A DNA stretch of 60,564 bases from an uncultured Mollicutes bacterium. GTDB taxonomy: Bacteria > Bacillota_I > Bacilli_A > Acholeplasmatales > Anaeroplasmataceae. Of the stretch, positions 11,301-23,301 are shown piece by piece. A program made the translations under genes and the position numbers. The DNA lies in contig CAMELE010000010.1 in assembly GCA_945923475.1 (NCBI GenBank), positions 1 to 60,564 of the forward strand, read 5' to 3'. The number at the start of each line of letters is the position of its first letter. Position 1 is the stretch's first letter. A model generated the notes under the pieces. That model had not been told where the DNA came from and ran no database searches. It saw nothing but the letters and a program-made list of their open reading frames with translations.

Positions 11301-12375
11301 AACATTCATTAACCCAATATCTTTCTTGCGGGTTATCACTCATTAATAAGCTACATAAGATAGGATATTTTTCTGTGCGTTCAAACCAACCAGCTAATGA
11401 TTGAGGATAATCAGTTACTTCTACTTTTGGAATTATTTGTTTTCTTTCAAGAGAAAAATCTTCAATCTTATTTTGAATTTCTAAAGTATTATTTAAAATT
11501 TCTTTAGCTATTTCTTCTGGCTGCTCTTCTATGTCTAAATATATAAAACAAGGAGTAATTAATTCAAAGACTTCATCATAAGTCATTAAATGAGCAAATT
11601 CATAAAACTTATCAACTTCTCGTTCTCCATCTTTTGAATTAAGATAAGCTTTATGAATTGGTCTATCTTCTTTTGTTAAATAATGACTATCAGTAGCAAC
11701 TTCTACTTTAATTCCATAACTGCGACCAATCTTATAAATCATATGATTTACAAGTTTTTGATCTGCCGCTGTTGATGGAGCAATCTCTAAATAAAAATCT
11801 TCACCAAATAAGTCTTGACAAAAAGTAAGAAAAGTATCTATTTGTTTTAAAGTTTGATATAATTCATAGTTATTTTCTTGTTCTCTATACTCTACAGCCT
11901 TTAAAAGGCTAGTGCCTAATTCTCCGCCAATACATGCAGTAGTAGCAATTAAATGCCCCTTGTATTTTTCTACTATTGGCTTTAATTCACTCTTTAGAAG
12001 TGGAACACGTTCCATCTTTCTATCAATATATAAATTTTGCCAAGCAATTGAACTTAATTCTTTTAATGCTCGATACCCTATAGCATCTTTAGCAATTAAA
12101 ATAAAATGGTAATATTTTTGTCCTGTGCTTCTATCATCAGTTAAATAAATTTCATTGCCTAATGCTATTTTAAAATTTGGATATTTTTCTTTGATTTTTT
12201 TAGCATATTGATTTACTGTCATATGAGCAGAAAGACTTTCGTGATCTGTGATAGCAATTCCCGAAAGTCCTAACTCAATAGCTTTATCAATTAAAGTTTC
12301 TGGTTTATTTATACAATCCAGTAAACGGAGGTTCGAATACATTGTATGATTATGGCAACCAAAATAAGTATTCAA
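8377..12375 (-). CDS. dnaE: DNA polymerase III alpha subunit (DnaE-type, PHP domain)
   Basis: 1325-aa ORF with PHP motif (GCHNHTMYS...ITDHESL) and a DnaE-like polymerase core. TTG start 7 nt after GGAGGT. One near-C-terminal TAG is read through to TGA at 8377. Confidence 0.9.
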
Positions 12376-12394
12376 TTCCCTACCTCCTTAATTT

Positions 12395-12445
12395 ATTATT
12401 ATTTTCTATATATATTATATCATATAATTTTATCAAAAGCAATTT
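12395..12445 (-). promoter_or_regulatory. sigma70-like promoter upstream of dnaE
   Basis: Minus strand reads TTGCTT-N17-TATAAT-ATATAG. Confidence 0.4.
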
Positions 12446-12642
12446 TAAAAATCATCTATTTCATTAGCTATTCTATTTATAATGCCAACTAAGTCAATTA
12501 GATTTTGTTTAAAAGTTAATAAATTATTTTTTAATTTTTGATTTTCATTGCATAAATAATTAATTTGATTTTGATTTTGCTGCTGTTGCTTATCTAATTC
12601 AATACCTAATTGATTAAGCAAATTTTGTATTTCCATTATCAT
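12445..12642 (-). CDS. small coiled-coil hypothetical protein
   Basis: 65-aa ORF with Q/N-rich heptads. Confidence 0.4.
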   Translation of the reverse strand: MIMEIQNLLNQLGIELDKQQQQNQNQINYLCNENQKLKNNLLTFKQNLIDLVGIINRIANEIDDF

Positions 12643-13235
12643 ATAATCTCCAAATGATAATTATTTTTTTCATTTAAACAATCTAAAAGAGTATAAAATA
12701 AACTATGATAATAAGGTGGAACCCATTCTGGAGATAAACAAATAAAATATTTATCATAAGAATTAGCAAATTTAAATTCTTTAAAGGGTATTTTATTATA
12801 TTTAAAATTTACTTCAAAGTTAGGGTCGCAAGAATTATCATTGTGAACCCAAGTATAATCTTTTAATTTATTCTAATCATAAAAATATTTAACCCAATCA
12901 GCACAAGTACATTCTTCTAATTTTTTATCCTTATCTTTAATATCATAAAAGATATCATGATGATGGTCAATATTTGTAATATTTAAATCATTATCATATT
13001 GTAAATACTCTTTTATCTTATCATGTCCATAAGCAATGTATATAGAAGAGTTCTAGTCAATTACTTTTAACAAATACCTTAAAATAGATGAATAAATACT
13101 TAAATCGGCTGGAGTTGTTGCAAGATTAGGCAAATTTTTTAATAAATCATCCCATCGGATTCCAGGAACCATATTATTATATAAATTGATACTTGGTGCC
13201 ATAATAATATCAAAATCTATACTTAATACATTCAT
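12639..13235 (-). CDS. hypothetical protein (198 aa, two in-frame TAG), possibly a metal-dependent hydrolase
   Basis: ORF 13053..13235 continues through TAG at about 13053 and 12873 to TGA at 12639. Contains GHD and NIDHHHD. RBS AAGGA. Confidence 0.45.
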
Positions 13236-13298
13236 ATGTTATTTCCTTATAACTACTAATTTTTCACTGGCTCTTGTAATACCAGTATATAAATATTT

Positions 13299-14357
13299 CT
13301 AATGTTCTAATGTATCAAAAGGATGTGGTTCTTCGATCAATAACACTTTATCCCATTCACTACCTTGGGCTTTCCAAACAGTTATTGCATAAGCATAAGC
13401 AAAATAATAAGGAGCTTCTAATGCATCGGAATTTCTAGCAAAACTATTCATTCTAAATGCTTGTTTATTATCAAAGGCTGGAGTACCTGTAATTAAAGCA
13501 TCATAATCAATAGGGATAGATTCAAATCTTCCATTAGGTATATCCATTCCTGTAAACATATATTGAAGTTGTTTATTATAAATAAAACTTGGATAATTAT
13601 ATGGAATAATTTGATAATTAGTAATTGTTCCAATACATCCATTAGTTAAAGGCCATAAGCCATCAGTAGATGTAAAATCCCAATGATTAGTTAATCCTAT
13701 AATTTTATCTCCTATTTCTGGAGTAGCTCCTCGTCCTTGTCGCTCTCGAACTTTATTATTAATTTCAATACGTCTTTTATTAGAAGCACATAAAGTCTGA
13801 TCTGCCCAATCATACATTTCTGGGATTAATTCGTAGGGTTTTAAAATCTAAACCTATTCTTTAGCAACTGGAAATTGCCCTAAAGGCTTGCCTTCTCGTA
13901 CCCACATAGATAATCTAATAATTTCACTATCTTGTGCTTGTCGCATAATTTCATCTAAAAAAATATGCGGTTTATCCAAAACGTGATTATTTTCATTTGT
14001 GTCTACTGGTGGAAGCTAAAATGGATCACCACAAGCAATTACATATTTATTATGTGAAAGAAGTAAATCCCACATCGTTTTAGGCAACATTGATATTTCA
14101 TCTACAATGATTACTTTATATGGAATAGGCCATCTTTTTTTTAAATAAAAAGTGCCATTGGGTCTTGGCTTAGCTTCATATAATAACTTGTGTGCTGTTG
14201 TTGCATTAGGACATCCTTTTGTTTGAAGAACAGTTGCTGCTTTACCAGTATAAGCTATATATGCTACATCAGTTTCAGGATTTAAATTCAATGATTGAAC
14301 TATAAATTTTACTAATGTAGATTTGCCAGTTCCAGTTAAGCGTAGCCAGCAATACAA
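13299..14357 (-). CDS. SF1 Dda/RecD-like DNA helicase with internal in-frame TAG
   Basis: ORF 14016..14357 carries Walker A (GTGKST), IIVDEISM and GDPF. ORF 13299..13817 carries motif VI (AITVWKAQGSEWD). The frame joins through the TAG-containing segment 13818-14015. Start is uncertain (TTG at 14357 inside a hairpin). Confidence 0.7.
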
Positions 14358-14417
14358 GTATAAGGTTCATGGTTCTTGTATCTGGCTACAGCAATTTTCA
14401 ATCCAGCATTCTATTTA

Positions 14418-14831
14418 TCAGTTAGTATCAATAGGATTTACTTCTCCTTTCCATATAAATTCATCATTTTCAAAGACTAACTTCATTGGTTTTTCTTGAG
14501 TTGTTGGAATAATATAAACACAATCTTCATCAAATGGCATTTTTAATCTGCTATCACCATTTTCATCAAAAATTTCTAAATCATATTTTCGATTTGAGCT
14601 TTCGGTTTCTACGCCTGCTCTTGGCCGGAGCATAGCCATTCTCTTATTGCCTTTGCCGCCCCTTATTTCATAGGTATCACAAAGACCTGTTTTATTAAAT
14701 TCATTAAGTTTAGCTGTTAAATTATTAATAGCCTTTCCAGCTTCTTCAGCCGAAATACCAAAACTGCCCCAAGAAGTAGCCACTTTATTTATAAGTTTAT
14801 TAAATTCATCTTCATTGAACGAAGTATTCAT
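14418..14831 (-). CDS. hypothetical protein
   Basis: 137-aa ORF. Confidence 0.45.
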   Translation of the reverse strand: MNTSFNEDEFNKLINKVATSWGSFGISAEEAGKAINNLTAKLNEFNKTGLCDTYEIRGGKGNKRMAMLRPRAGVETESSNRKYDLEIFDENGDSRLKMPFDEDCVYIIPTTQEKPMKLVFENDEFIWKGEVNPIDTN

Positions 14832-15540
14832 AGGCTATTGTTGCATATTGTTGTCTAACATAATTTGATTGTGGTAATCCTCTTTCATAACATTTCATAA
14901 AAGCTAAAGCAGCTTCTTGCTCATTTTCCAATTCTAAAAATTTTTCAAAATTAAAATTATTTGAATAACAAAAACCAAACATATCAATTTGATATTTAAT
15001 ATCATCACGAAGAAAATCCATTTGACCCTTTAGATCTGCACCCCATACTTTATCAGTAAATACTTGATTCCATTGGCATAATCCATAAAATCCATTACCA
15101 TAAATAGTAGTTTGCAAATCCAAAGTTCCGCCGCCAACCTCAGCCATCATATTGCCTAAAATTCCAGCACATACATAATCATTCCAGCCAAGGCTTTTCA
15201 TATATTCCCAAATAAGAGTAGCATCTTTGTATTCAAGTTTATCTAGTTCTTTATTAATTTTATCTAATTGATTTTGATAAAATCTAATAATTTCATTATA
15301 AAAATACCATTGTCCTTTAAGGTTCATAATTACATCACTGTCATTTGTATAACCAGCCAGTCTAGCATTATCTGCATTATTATGAATTTCTTCTCTTTTA
15401 ACAGTATATTCTTCAATTAAATTGATAAGTTCCCAATAATTATTAGTTTCTTTTAAAGGAATATATTCAACAGTTATTGCATTTACATTAATAGTTAAAA
15501 TTAAAAGAATGCTAATAACTATAATAATTTTTGTTTTCAT
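14812..15540 (-). CDS. secreted protein with a possible lysozyme-like (phage tail lysozyme) domain
   Basis: Signal peptide MKTKIIIVISILLILTINVNA. GILGNMMAEVGGG...GLCQW resembles lysozyme-like folds. Confidence 0.4.
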   Translation of the reverse strand: MKTKIIIVISILLILTINVNAITVEYIPLKETNNYWELINLIEEYTVKREEIHNNADNARLAGYTNDSDVIMNLKGQWYFYNEIIRFYQNQLDKINKELDKLEYKDATLIWEYMKSLGWNDYVCAGILGNMMAEVGGGTLDLQTTIYGNGFYGLCQWNQVFTDKVWGADLKGQMDFLRDDIKYQIDMFGFCYSNNFNFEKFLELENEQEAALAFMKCYERGLPQSNYVRQQYATIAYEYFVQ

Positions 15541-15557
15541 AATTTTCTCTCTATCTA

Positions 15558-17300
15558 TTAAAAATAATATTTTACATTTTTAGTAATATGATAATCAGTA
15601 ATAAAAATTTCTGGATTAGTTTTTCCTAAAAATTCATTTATTTTACAAGTGCCTATGATATCAATAATAATGCATCCTGTATCACTATATAAATTATTAT
15701 ATTCTTCTTGATTAACATTAAATTTAATTAAATCTAAATCATTTGGCAATTTAATTTTTAATGTTCCAGTAGCCTCTTTAGGATAATAAATTACATTATT
15801 ATTTGTAAGTTTTAAATTTTTAATAACTATATATGGCTCTTTGAAATTCTATCCCCATAAAGGTTCAAATTCTGGTATTTCTAATATAGTATTTATATCA
15901 ATATTATTACTATCAAAAATATAATCAGCTAAATAAACTGGCTAACCATCATAACCATACAATTTACTGTTTGTATCTGTTATAAATTTTCTTATATTAT
16001 TATCAGCAATTTTCGCTCCAAAAGCTCCTTGATGGCCTTCTGCAAATTCAAAATACCCAGTAGAATTAAGATAAGCCTTAAAGTCTTTTATAGGCTCAAA
16101 GAACTCATAACCACGACCTGATCCTTCCCAATATTTAATTCCATTTTCAATTACTTCATTAAGTATAAGAGTTGGTTTCTAAAATCTATTTGCAAATTCA
16201 TTTGCAATTAATCCAGTTAAATTTTTATTTACCTCATACTTTTTCTCCAACTAAACAACTAAAATCTAATCATTTAATAGACCTTGTTCTTCAATTAATT
16301 TTTCAATTATTTCAACGTTAGTATCACGAATTTTAGTCTATCGTGTTTTTACATTGCCACTTATTCGGCATGCTTGTTCTACAATAGTTTCTGCCTATCC
16401 TTTACATCCTCTTTTGGTTGATGGAATTAAATCGTAAGCAAGAAAATCTAACATGCTCTAAAATACAACTTGTCGTTCATCAGTTTCTCCAACACGTGTG
16501 ACCGCATTAATAAGTGGAGCAATATAGAAAGCAACACCCATAGGAGTTAAAGTTTCTTTTAACTTAAATTTATTTTTTTCCATCATACCTTTAATATAAG
16601 GATTTTGAGGATTTTTTAAACCTTGATTGATAAAATAACGAGTTTCATAAGGTCTACTATCCACCATATCTCCGATTAATCCAAGAGCCACTAAATCTAA
16701 ATATTTATTTGAGTAATTAGTATTAATAATTTCATCAATAGCATTACAAAATTTATATACTATAGCAACGCCTGATAATGCTTTATTAGGATAATTATCT
16801 AATTGATTATTAATTGTACAAGCATAAGGAGATATTTTATCTGCTTCATGATGGTCTAAAATTAATATATCAATACCCTTATCATAAAGTGCCTTGTGCT
16901 CATTATACTAATTACTTCCAGCATCTGGAATTATTACTAACTTAGTATCTTCTGGAATAGTATCTAAAATAATACCATGAGTTTTTTGAGTATGAACTCT
17001 ATAATAAACATTATTAGATACATAATAAGGAAATAAATTATATAAATAATTAATTAATAATGCCGAGGATGTATAGCCATCACAATCAGCATCTACCTAA
17101 ATAAAAATTTTATTATTCTATTTAATATGTTTTAATAATAATTTAATTCCCTATTCCATGTTATCCAATAACTTATTAGGATATACATCGGATTGCGTGG
17201 GATTAAGAAAATGCTAAATATCTTCAGTCTTAATCCCACGATTATTCATTATTGTTTCTAATGGAGTTTTTTGTGTATTATTAATTAATTTATAATTCAT
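15558..17300 (-). CDS. recJ: RecJ-like DHH-family ssDNA exonuclease (580 aa) with more than ten in-frame TAG
   Basis: DHH motifs VDADCDGYTSSALL and LDHHEAD, DHHA1 motif AEGHQGAFG. The frame is continuous from ATG at 17300 (after GGAG) through ORFs 16458..16691 and 15558..15749. Length is 1743 nt (581 codons). Interruptions are TAG only. Confidence 0.75.
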
Positions 17301-17311
17301 ATACTTACTCC

Positions 17312-18415
17312 TTATATAATTATTCGTTCTTTATATAATTTAAGAAATAATTCCGGCCCTTCATCAGTTGGACTATCTTTATAATTAGTAAGCATATTTT
17401 TATCAAAAATAAAAGATATATTAAAGTAATTTCCATACTTAGCTTTTATTTTTAATAAGTTATTTTTTAAATGATAAAATTCTTCATCACCTATTTTTTG
17501 AAATTGTCTATCAAAAGCAATAATAATATCTTTTGCACCAACCTGCTCTAACAATTTCATTTGCTGTGCTGATACACTACTACCGCAACAAGCTACTGTT
17601 ATATCATTCTCAAAACCAAAATAACTTTGATATTGTAGAGTAGATTTTTCACCTTCAAATATTATTGCTTTCCCTGTTCTATTTATATTTGCTTTACTAT
17701 TATTTAAATTATATAAATTCATACCAAGAGGATGAGAATAAAGAACCTTATTAATTTTTAATGGCCTATATTTACCATATAATAATGCTTCTTCTTTTCC
17801 TAATACTCTTCCCCTTAAACCTATAAAATCTCCATTTATATTAAAATGAGGAATTGTAATTGCATCGCCGCCAGGGTAATAACCAATTATGGCTTGGTCT
17901 ATTGCCTCTTGGCTTATTCCTTCTTTTAACCACGGGGTTAATTTTACATTATAATTAAATCTACTTAAAATTTGGCTATCATAAATTTTTAATTCAACTT
18001 TAGAGTTTAAATTTTCTTCTATATTATTTTTATCATAATTAGCTAAAATTTTCCAATCTTCTAATCCTAAATTTTCAGCATCTTCTTCAACTGAGCCAGC
18101 AATCCCAAAATAATTAGCTACCCAACGAACTGCATCATTTAAATCATATTCTTTATTAGATTGGATATAAGCCACTTTAATTACTAATTCAAATATATCA
18201 AATATATCATCACAGCCAGTATAGCATTTAAATAATTGACTATTTGAATAATAATAAAGTTTTTTACTTCCTACTCCTGGTTCATTATGGCAAATAGTTT
18301 CAGAAAGGATACCAAATTCACTATATTCAGGATTGCCTCCCCAAATATTTAGTAATTCAAAAATATTATCTAAAGTTAAACTATTTTTTATTTCTGTTTT
18401 ATCATAGTTAATCAT
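17312..18415 (-). CDS. dnaG: DnaG-like DNA primase (zinc finger plus TOPRIM)
   Basis: CHNEPGVGSKKLYYYSNSQLFKCYTGC zinc finger. TOPRIM EGEKS...DRQ. Confidence 0.8.
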   Translation of the reverse strand: MINYDKTEIKNSLTLDNIFELLNIWGGNPEYSEFGILSETICHNEPGVGSKKLYYYSNSQLFKCYTGCDDIFDIFELVIKVAYIQSNKEYDLNDAVRWVANYFGIAGSVEEDAENLGLEDWKILANYDKNNIEENLNSKVELKIYDSQILSRFNYNVKLTPWLKEGISQEAIDQAIIGYYPGGDAITIPHFNINGDFIGLRGRVLGKEEALLYGKYRPLKINKVLYSHPLGMNLYNLNNSKANINRTGKAIIFEGEKSTLQYQSYFGFENDITVACCGSSVSAQQMKLLEQVGAKDIIIAFDRQFQKIGDEEFYHLKNNLLKIKAKYGNYFNISFIFDKNMLTNYKDSPTDEGPELFLKLYKERIII

Positions 18416-18434
18416 TATTAACTTAATAAAATTA

Positions 18435-18617
18435 TTAGAATGTAATTACATTGACACAAGTGCCTTTAACACCAAATTCTTCATTAACCACCTAAATAAG
18501 ATATTCTTTTGGATGCTTCTTGGCAAATTCGCCCTTTGCAGTCTTTAAATACATTGCTGCCATTTCTTTTGGCATTTTATATTCAATAGTTCCATTCATA
18601 ATATTTTTTTCAAACAT
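18435..18617 (-). CDS. small hypothetical protein (60 aa, one TAG)
   Basis: ATG after GGAGATTAAATT. Double stop TAATAA. Confidence 0.35.
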
Positions 18618-18634
18618 AATTTAATCTCCTTATT

Positions 18635-20167
18635 TTAAAATGCACTATCTTCAGCGATTCTAATTTTTACATTTTCCATATCTACTAATTCATAACTCCA
18701 ATCAGTACAAAAAATTGGAATAATGCGGCAACAGCCTAAATCAGCTTTACACCATAAATAAATACCTTTATATTTTCCTCGACGATTTTTATATACTGAT
18801 AATTTTATTGTTGGACGTTCAAACGTATTTGTTTCAAGTATTTTCTCTAAAGATTGATAATCATTATCACGAGCTTGAAGAAGAAGCATACCTACATCAA
18901 TTTTATCAGCAATTGCTTTTGATCCACGTAAAACATTCTGATCTGGCGTTTCACTATACTGGTAATCAGCATTTAATTGAGTAGCAGACATAATAAAAAT
19001 ACCATATTGATTACAAATATCTTTCAAACGAGTAGAAAGCATAAAAAGAATATTATCTTCTCTTAATTTTACACCGCCACTACGTTTGCTTATTTCTTCA
19101 AGAATCTTCATACTTGTATGAATATAGTCATGAAATACATACTTAATACCATGGTCTCTTATATTTTTCTTAATAACATTTTCTACATCACGCAAAGAAA
19201 AATCTGGCATTTCTACAACAAATAAATTAGCCTTACGAAGATATTGTGCAGCTTCTCTTACTCGTGCTAATTCATCACCAACATATTTACCATTTAAAAT
19301 ATGGTCTTCATTTACATTAGATAAAAATGCCAACATCATAGTTTGAATTTCATCTTTAGTCTGCTCAGTAGAAATAAATAAAACAGGTTCTCCTCCACCG
19401 CCAGACTTAATCCATCCAATTCCTTCTTGATAATACTTTTCACAAGAAAGATAACAAGCATCAGCAATCATGCTACGAGATTTACCTACGCCAGTTGCTG
19501 CCGAACGTAAATAAAATTTATTTAATCTTGCTCCACGAGTAACTGTATTAATTAATGGACCAAACAATGGAGCACCAACTTCAGGGTGTTCCAAAAGATC
19601 ATCAATTAATTCATCAATATCATTACCAGCCTGATAAGCATCATTTTCCATTTCGGCCACATATTTATATTTAATTTCTTCAATCTTATCATCAATACGT
19701 TGAGCAATTTTTTCTAATGAAGCATTATCTAACCATTCTTCTTGAAGCTGTCGTTTTTTAGTATCTAAAATATTGTCAGGATCGTAAATATCGCTTACAT
19801 CAAAACCATATCTATCATACGCTCTAAGTAATGACATTTTTTTTAGACGACCATAATAATAATCGAATGTTGTATTATCGCTATGTAAACTAGCTTCTTG
19901 AAGCCATTTATTCCCTTTTTGTGCTTCATAAATGGCTTGATATTTTGGTCTAGTACTTAAAAAATCTCCAATTGCGTCTAAAGTGATACTTTCTGCGCCT
20001 AATTCATGTAGTTTATATATTGATCCATATACTATCTTATGAAAATCATTATCAAAATCATCTTCAGTAATAATATATTTGTCAGTATAATCTAATAATT
20101 TAGGATTGTTATATACACAACCAATTGTCTAAATAATGGCTGTTGTATCAATATATTTTGAAGCCAT
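18635..20167 (-). CDS. dnaB: DnaB-like replicative helicase (510 aa, two in-frame TAG in the N-terminal domain)
   Basis: C-terminal RecA fold with Walker A SAATGVGKS (ORF 18635..19837). The N-terminal domain is in frame upstream through two TAG to ATG at 20167 after GGAGG. Length is 1533 nt. Confidence 0.85.
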
Positions 20168-20559
20168 TAATCCTCCTTATCATCCAAAAAGGAAAACAGA
20201 TGTTTTTTATGAGGTTTAGGCTTAGGCCGAGGTATTATTATTTCTGTTTCTTTTGGAATATAATTCTCAACTGTTTTATCTGTATTTTTTTGTTGAGCCA
20301 ACCAAATAGCATAATAATAATTAAATGCTTGCTTATAAACCCAAGGCACTATACCAATACCATCATTTGATTTCTCTACTGGATTTTGTTTTACTTCATA
20401 AAAATAAACTAATGATTTTAAAATTCCACTGTAAGTAAAATTATATTCTTTAATATAATTTTTAATTTGTTTTTGAATACGAGGATCTACATAATCAGTA
20501 TGAAATAATTTATTAATATACTATTCTAATTTCATTTTATCTAAATCTTCTTTATTCAT
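20167..20559 (-). CDS. hypothetical protein upstream of dnaB (possible replication initiation or helicase-loader role)
   Basis: ORF 20167..20349 extends through TAG. ATG at 20559. The frame stays open further upstream (zinc-ribbon-like CLYCGK...HPEC) without a canonical start. Confidence 0.35.
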
Positions 20560-20699
20560 TACTTCTTCTTTACGTTCTGCACATTCAGGATGTGCATAAC
20601 GTTTAGAACTAACCTATACAAATGGCTATTTATCTCTATCAAAAGTTTTCCCACAATATAAACATTTTACGTTATGTGCTATTGGTTCTCACCACCAAA

Positions 20700-20745
20700 T
20701 ATTATAATTTCTATATATATTATACTAAAAAATAGATAAAAAATC
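20700..20745 (-). promoter_or_regulatory. sigma70-like promoter
   Basis: Minus strand reads TTGATT-N17-TATAAT-ATATATAG. Confidence 0.45.
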
Positions 20746-20772
20746 AACCCAGAGTTTCCTCTGGGTTAATAA

Positions 20773-21750
20773 TTACTTATTTACAAGTTCGTCCTTAATA
20801 TCATCAATAATAAGGCTTACAAATTCAGCTTGGTCAAGAGTAGTTTCTGAAATTTTCTTGCCCTTACCAAGGTATTTTTCAACAATCTTAGTAATACGAG
20901 GAGCATAATATTCAGAATTCTTACCCATTAACTCCCCAGCAATCTGCTGGAATTCAGCCATAAGTGCTTCATAATCATAAGTTTTTACTTCGGGAGCTTG
21001 AAGTTTTTCATCAGTAATAAACTTATTATCAGTCATAGCAGCTTCTTTATCAATCGCACGATTCATAGCATCAATAAGATCTTGATAACTAAAAGGAATA
21101 ACAGGATCGATATATTTAAAACGGCTCTTGCAATCAATAGTATCGTCGGGAGAGCGAAGAATAAACTTACGCTCGTTATTCTCAACTTGAATATAAGCCA
21201 TAATATCAACCATATTTTTAATGATTTCATTATAAGCCGTAGAACAAGAAGGAACAATCTGTGAATACTCTGTGCCATCTTTACGCTTAAAGGTCTTATC
21301 TTTAGCATGAGAAATGAATACAACAGAATAACCTTCCATTACAATAGAACGCCAAGTTTCTTCCCATTCCTTTTTGACCTTGGCCCAGCCGTTTTTAGCC
21401 CAACCACCATCACCAATATTTTCAATATCAAGTTGATTACATACATATTTTTCACAAAGAGAACTCGCAAGATCTACTGTATCAACAATAATACTCTTAA
21501 ATGCTGCCTTTACTTCGGCTTTACGAAGTTCTCTTGCAACTTGCTTTACGTCTGCCCAACTGGTAATATCCTGAACAATAATACCCGGAATAGTATTATA
21601 GCCTTTTTCTGTCGCCAGAAGAAGAGGACTTGGCATCTATGAACCGAGCGTAGTCTTACCTGCACCACTTGGGCCATAAATATAAACAAGATAACCGCTC
21701 AAATCACGGCTAACCTTATGGGGTTGAAGAGCTAACAAATTAATAGCCAT
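20773..21750 (-). CDS. Sak4-like AAA_24 ATPase (phage recombination mediator), one in-frame TAG
   Basis: ORF 20773..21636 extends through a TAG to ATG at 21750, adding the Walker A GPSGAGKTT. RBS GGAGAAAA. Confidence 0.65.
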
Positions 21751-21865
21751 TATTTAATTTTCTCCTTTTTCTCTAAATTAAATTGTTCAAAATATTCATT
21801 TATAAATTTTTCTATTTCTTTATAATTTATTAAGTCATCATATAATATATTTATTTTAGCTCGAT

Positions 21866-21887
21866 GACCTCTAATGAGGTCATCATT
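21866..21887. repeat. perfect 9-bp inverted repeat GATGACCTC-TAAT-GAGGTCATC
   Basis: Palindrome between the SSB-like gene stop and the Sak4 gene. Possible operator or weak terminator. Confidence 0.4.
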
Positions 21888-21900
21888 ATTTGGCTATTTA

Positions 21901-22848
21901 TTAGAAGTTAAATCCTGCATTTCCGTTAGAAGCTGTAGCCTGCTTTGTGCTACCGCTATTCTTAGTAGCAAGATATTCATCTCTACGCTGCTTAATAGTA
22001 GCAAGATAAGTTTCACGTTCAGCAATTGCCTTAGTAAGTTCCTCAGAAGTATAAGTATCTTCCATATCAAATACGAAAGGCTCTTTCTGAGAACCGGTAA
22101 TTACATAATCTTTATAAGTATTCTTAAATTCTTGAACTTCAGCATCACCCCAAGAACTTTCCTTAGTGACCTTTCTTACGACAGTTCTAGAAACCTGTTT
22201 GCCCCAAACTTCAGTAAGGACAGGATTCTTTTCAGAAGCTTCAAGGCCTTCAAAATAATTCATACCACTTTCATTAAGAACAGTATAAGAAACAGGAAGA
22301 AGAGCTTTACGGAAATCAAAAGCATAACCACTAATAGTTACCTTTTCAGGAGTTTCCTTTTCAGGGTTAGCTTCAGTACGAACAGCTTTAGTAATAAGCA
22401 TTGTAGTCTTAAACTTACAACGTTCAATTTCCTTTTCATTAAATGGTTCATTCACCATAACATGAACAAATCCACCCTCATTACGTTTAATACTTACAAG
22501 CTCTTCCTTACCATCGCGTTCAGTATAAAACTCATTAAGACCAACAGTAGAATCAACACGAATACGAGTTGCATTTTCAACTCCATCGCCCATTACTGTA
22601 TTATACTCACCATCAATAATCTTACGAAGAGTAGTAAATGTAGCATTGGTTTTGCCCTTAGCCGTAGTTTCAGTCACATAAGTGAAATGAACCTACAGTA
22701 CATTTGTCAAAGCATCATCAGTAACAATACTAATAGTACCACTAATAAAAGGAGTACCAGGATTCTTTGAATTAGGACCGCTTTCCTTCATTTCCAGATT
22801 ATGCTCATATAGATAACCTTCAATATGTGTTTCATTAACAAATTTCAT
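21901..22848 (-). CDS. putative ssDNA-binding or annealing protein (315 aa, one TAG)
   Basis: ORF 21901..22677 extends through TAG to ATG at 22848. Sits between the Sak4-like ATPase and a regulator. Ends in ...NAGFNF (aromatic tail like phage SSBs). Assignment is by context only. Confidence 0.3.
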
Positions 22849-22867
22849 TTAATATTTTTCTCCTTAA

Positions 22868-23230
22868 TTATTCTTCAATTGTAATTTCTTTTCCTTTATT
22901 AGTAATAGCATAAACAACTGGATTATCATTCAATTTTTCTACAAATCCATCATTTACCAATTTACGCATTCCGCCAGAAACACTACGAGAACTAATACCA
23001 AGTTCATCAGCTACTTCACGTGCCTTCCATGCTTCTTTTTCTGGATGCTCTTGGAGACAAAACAAAAGACGTTTTCCATTTTCAGTAAATAAAGGATTTT
23101 TAATTTCATCATCATTACTATTTTTAAGGTAATTCCAATAGAATTCAACATCTTCATTCATTTCTACTGGATATTTACAATTTTTAATCAAGTCATTTAC
23201 AAAATCAATAAACGCTTGTTTTCTATTCAT
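22868..23230 (-). CDS. winged-helix (MarR-like) DNA-binding protein
   Basis: AREVADELGISSRSVSGGMRKLVNDGFVEK is a wHTH. Confidence 0.45.
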   Translation of the reverse strand: MNRKQAFIDFVNDLIKNCKYPVEMNEDVEFYWNYLKNSNDDEIKNPLFTENGKRLLFCLQEHPEKEAWKAREVADELGISSRSVSGGMRKLVNDGFVEKLNDNPVVYAITNKGKEITIEE

Positions 23231-23239
23231 TTTTAATTA

Positions 23240-23290
23240 ATCTCACTTTCTACTCTTTTATATAAATATTATATCATATTTTATATAAAT
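23240..23290 (-). promoter_or_regulatory. sigma70-like promoter
   Basis: Minus strand reads TTGAAA-N17-TATAAT. Confidence 0.45.
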
Positions 23291-23301
23291 TTTCAAAGTA
23301 A

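Noticed and set aside
21874-22770. 298-aa plus-strand ORF antisense to the SSB-like gene, and other long plus-strand ORFs (20998..21264, 46244..46771, 46886..47362, 47486..48052, 49216..49944, 53657..54019)
   Set aside because: They are low-complexity, lack RBSs, and lie antisense to minus-strand genes with clear homology or consistent operon structure. They are AT-rich reverse-frame artefacts.
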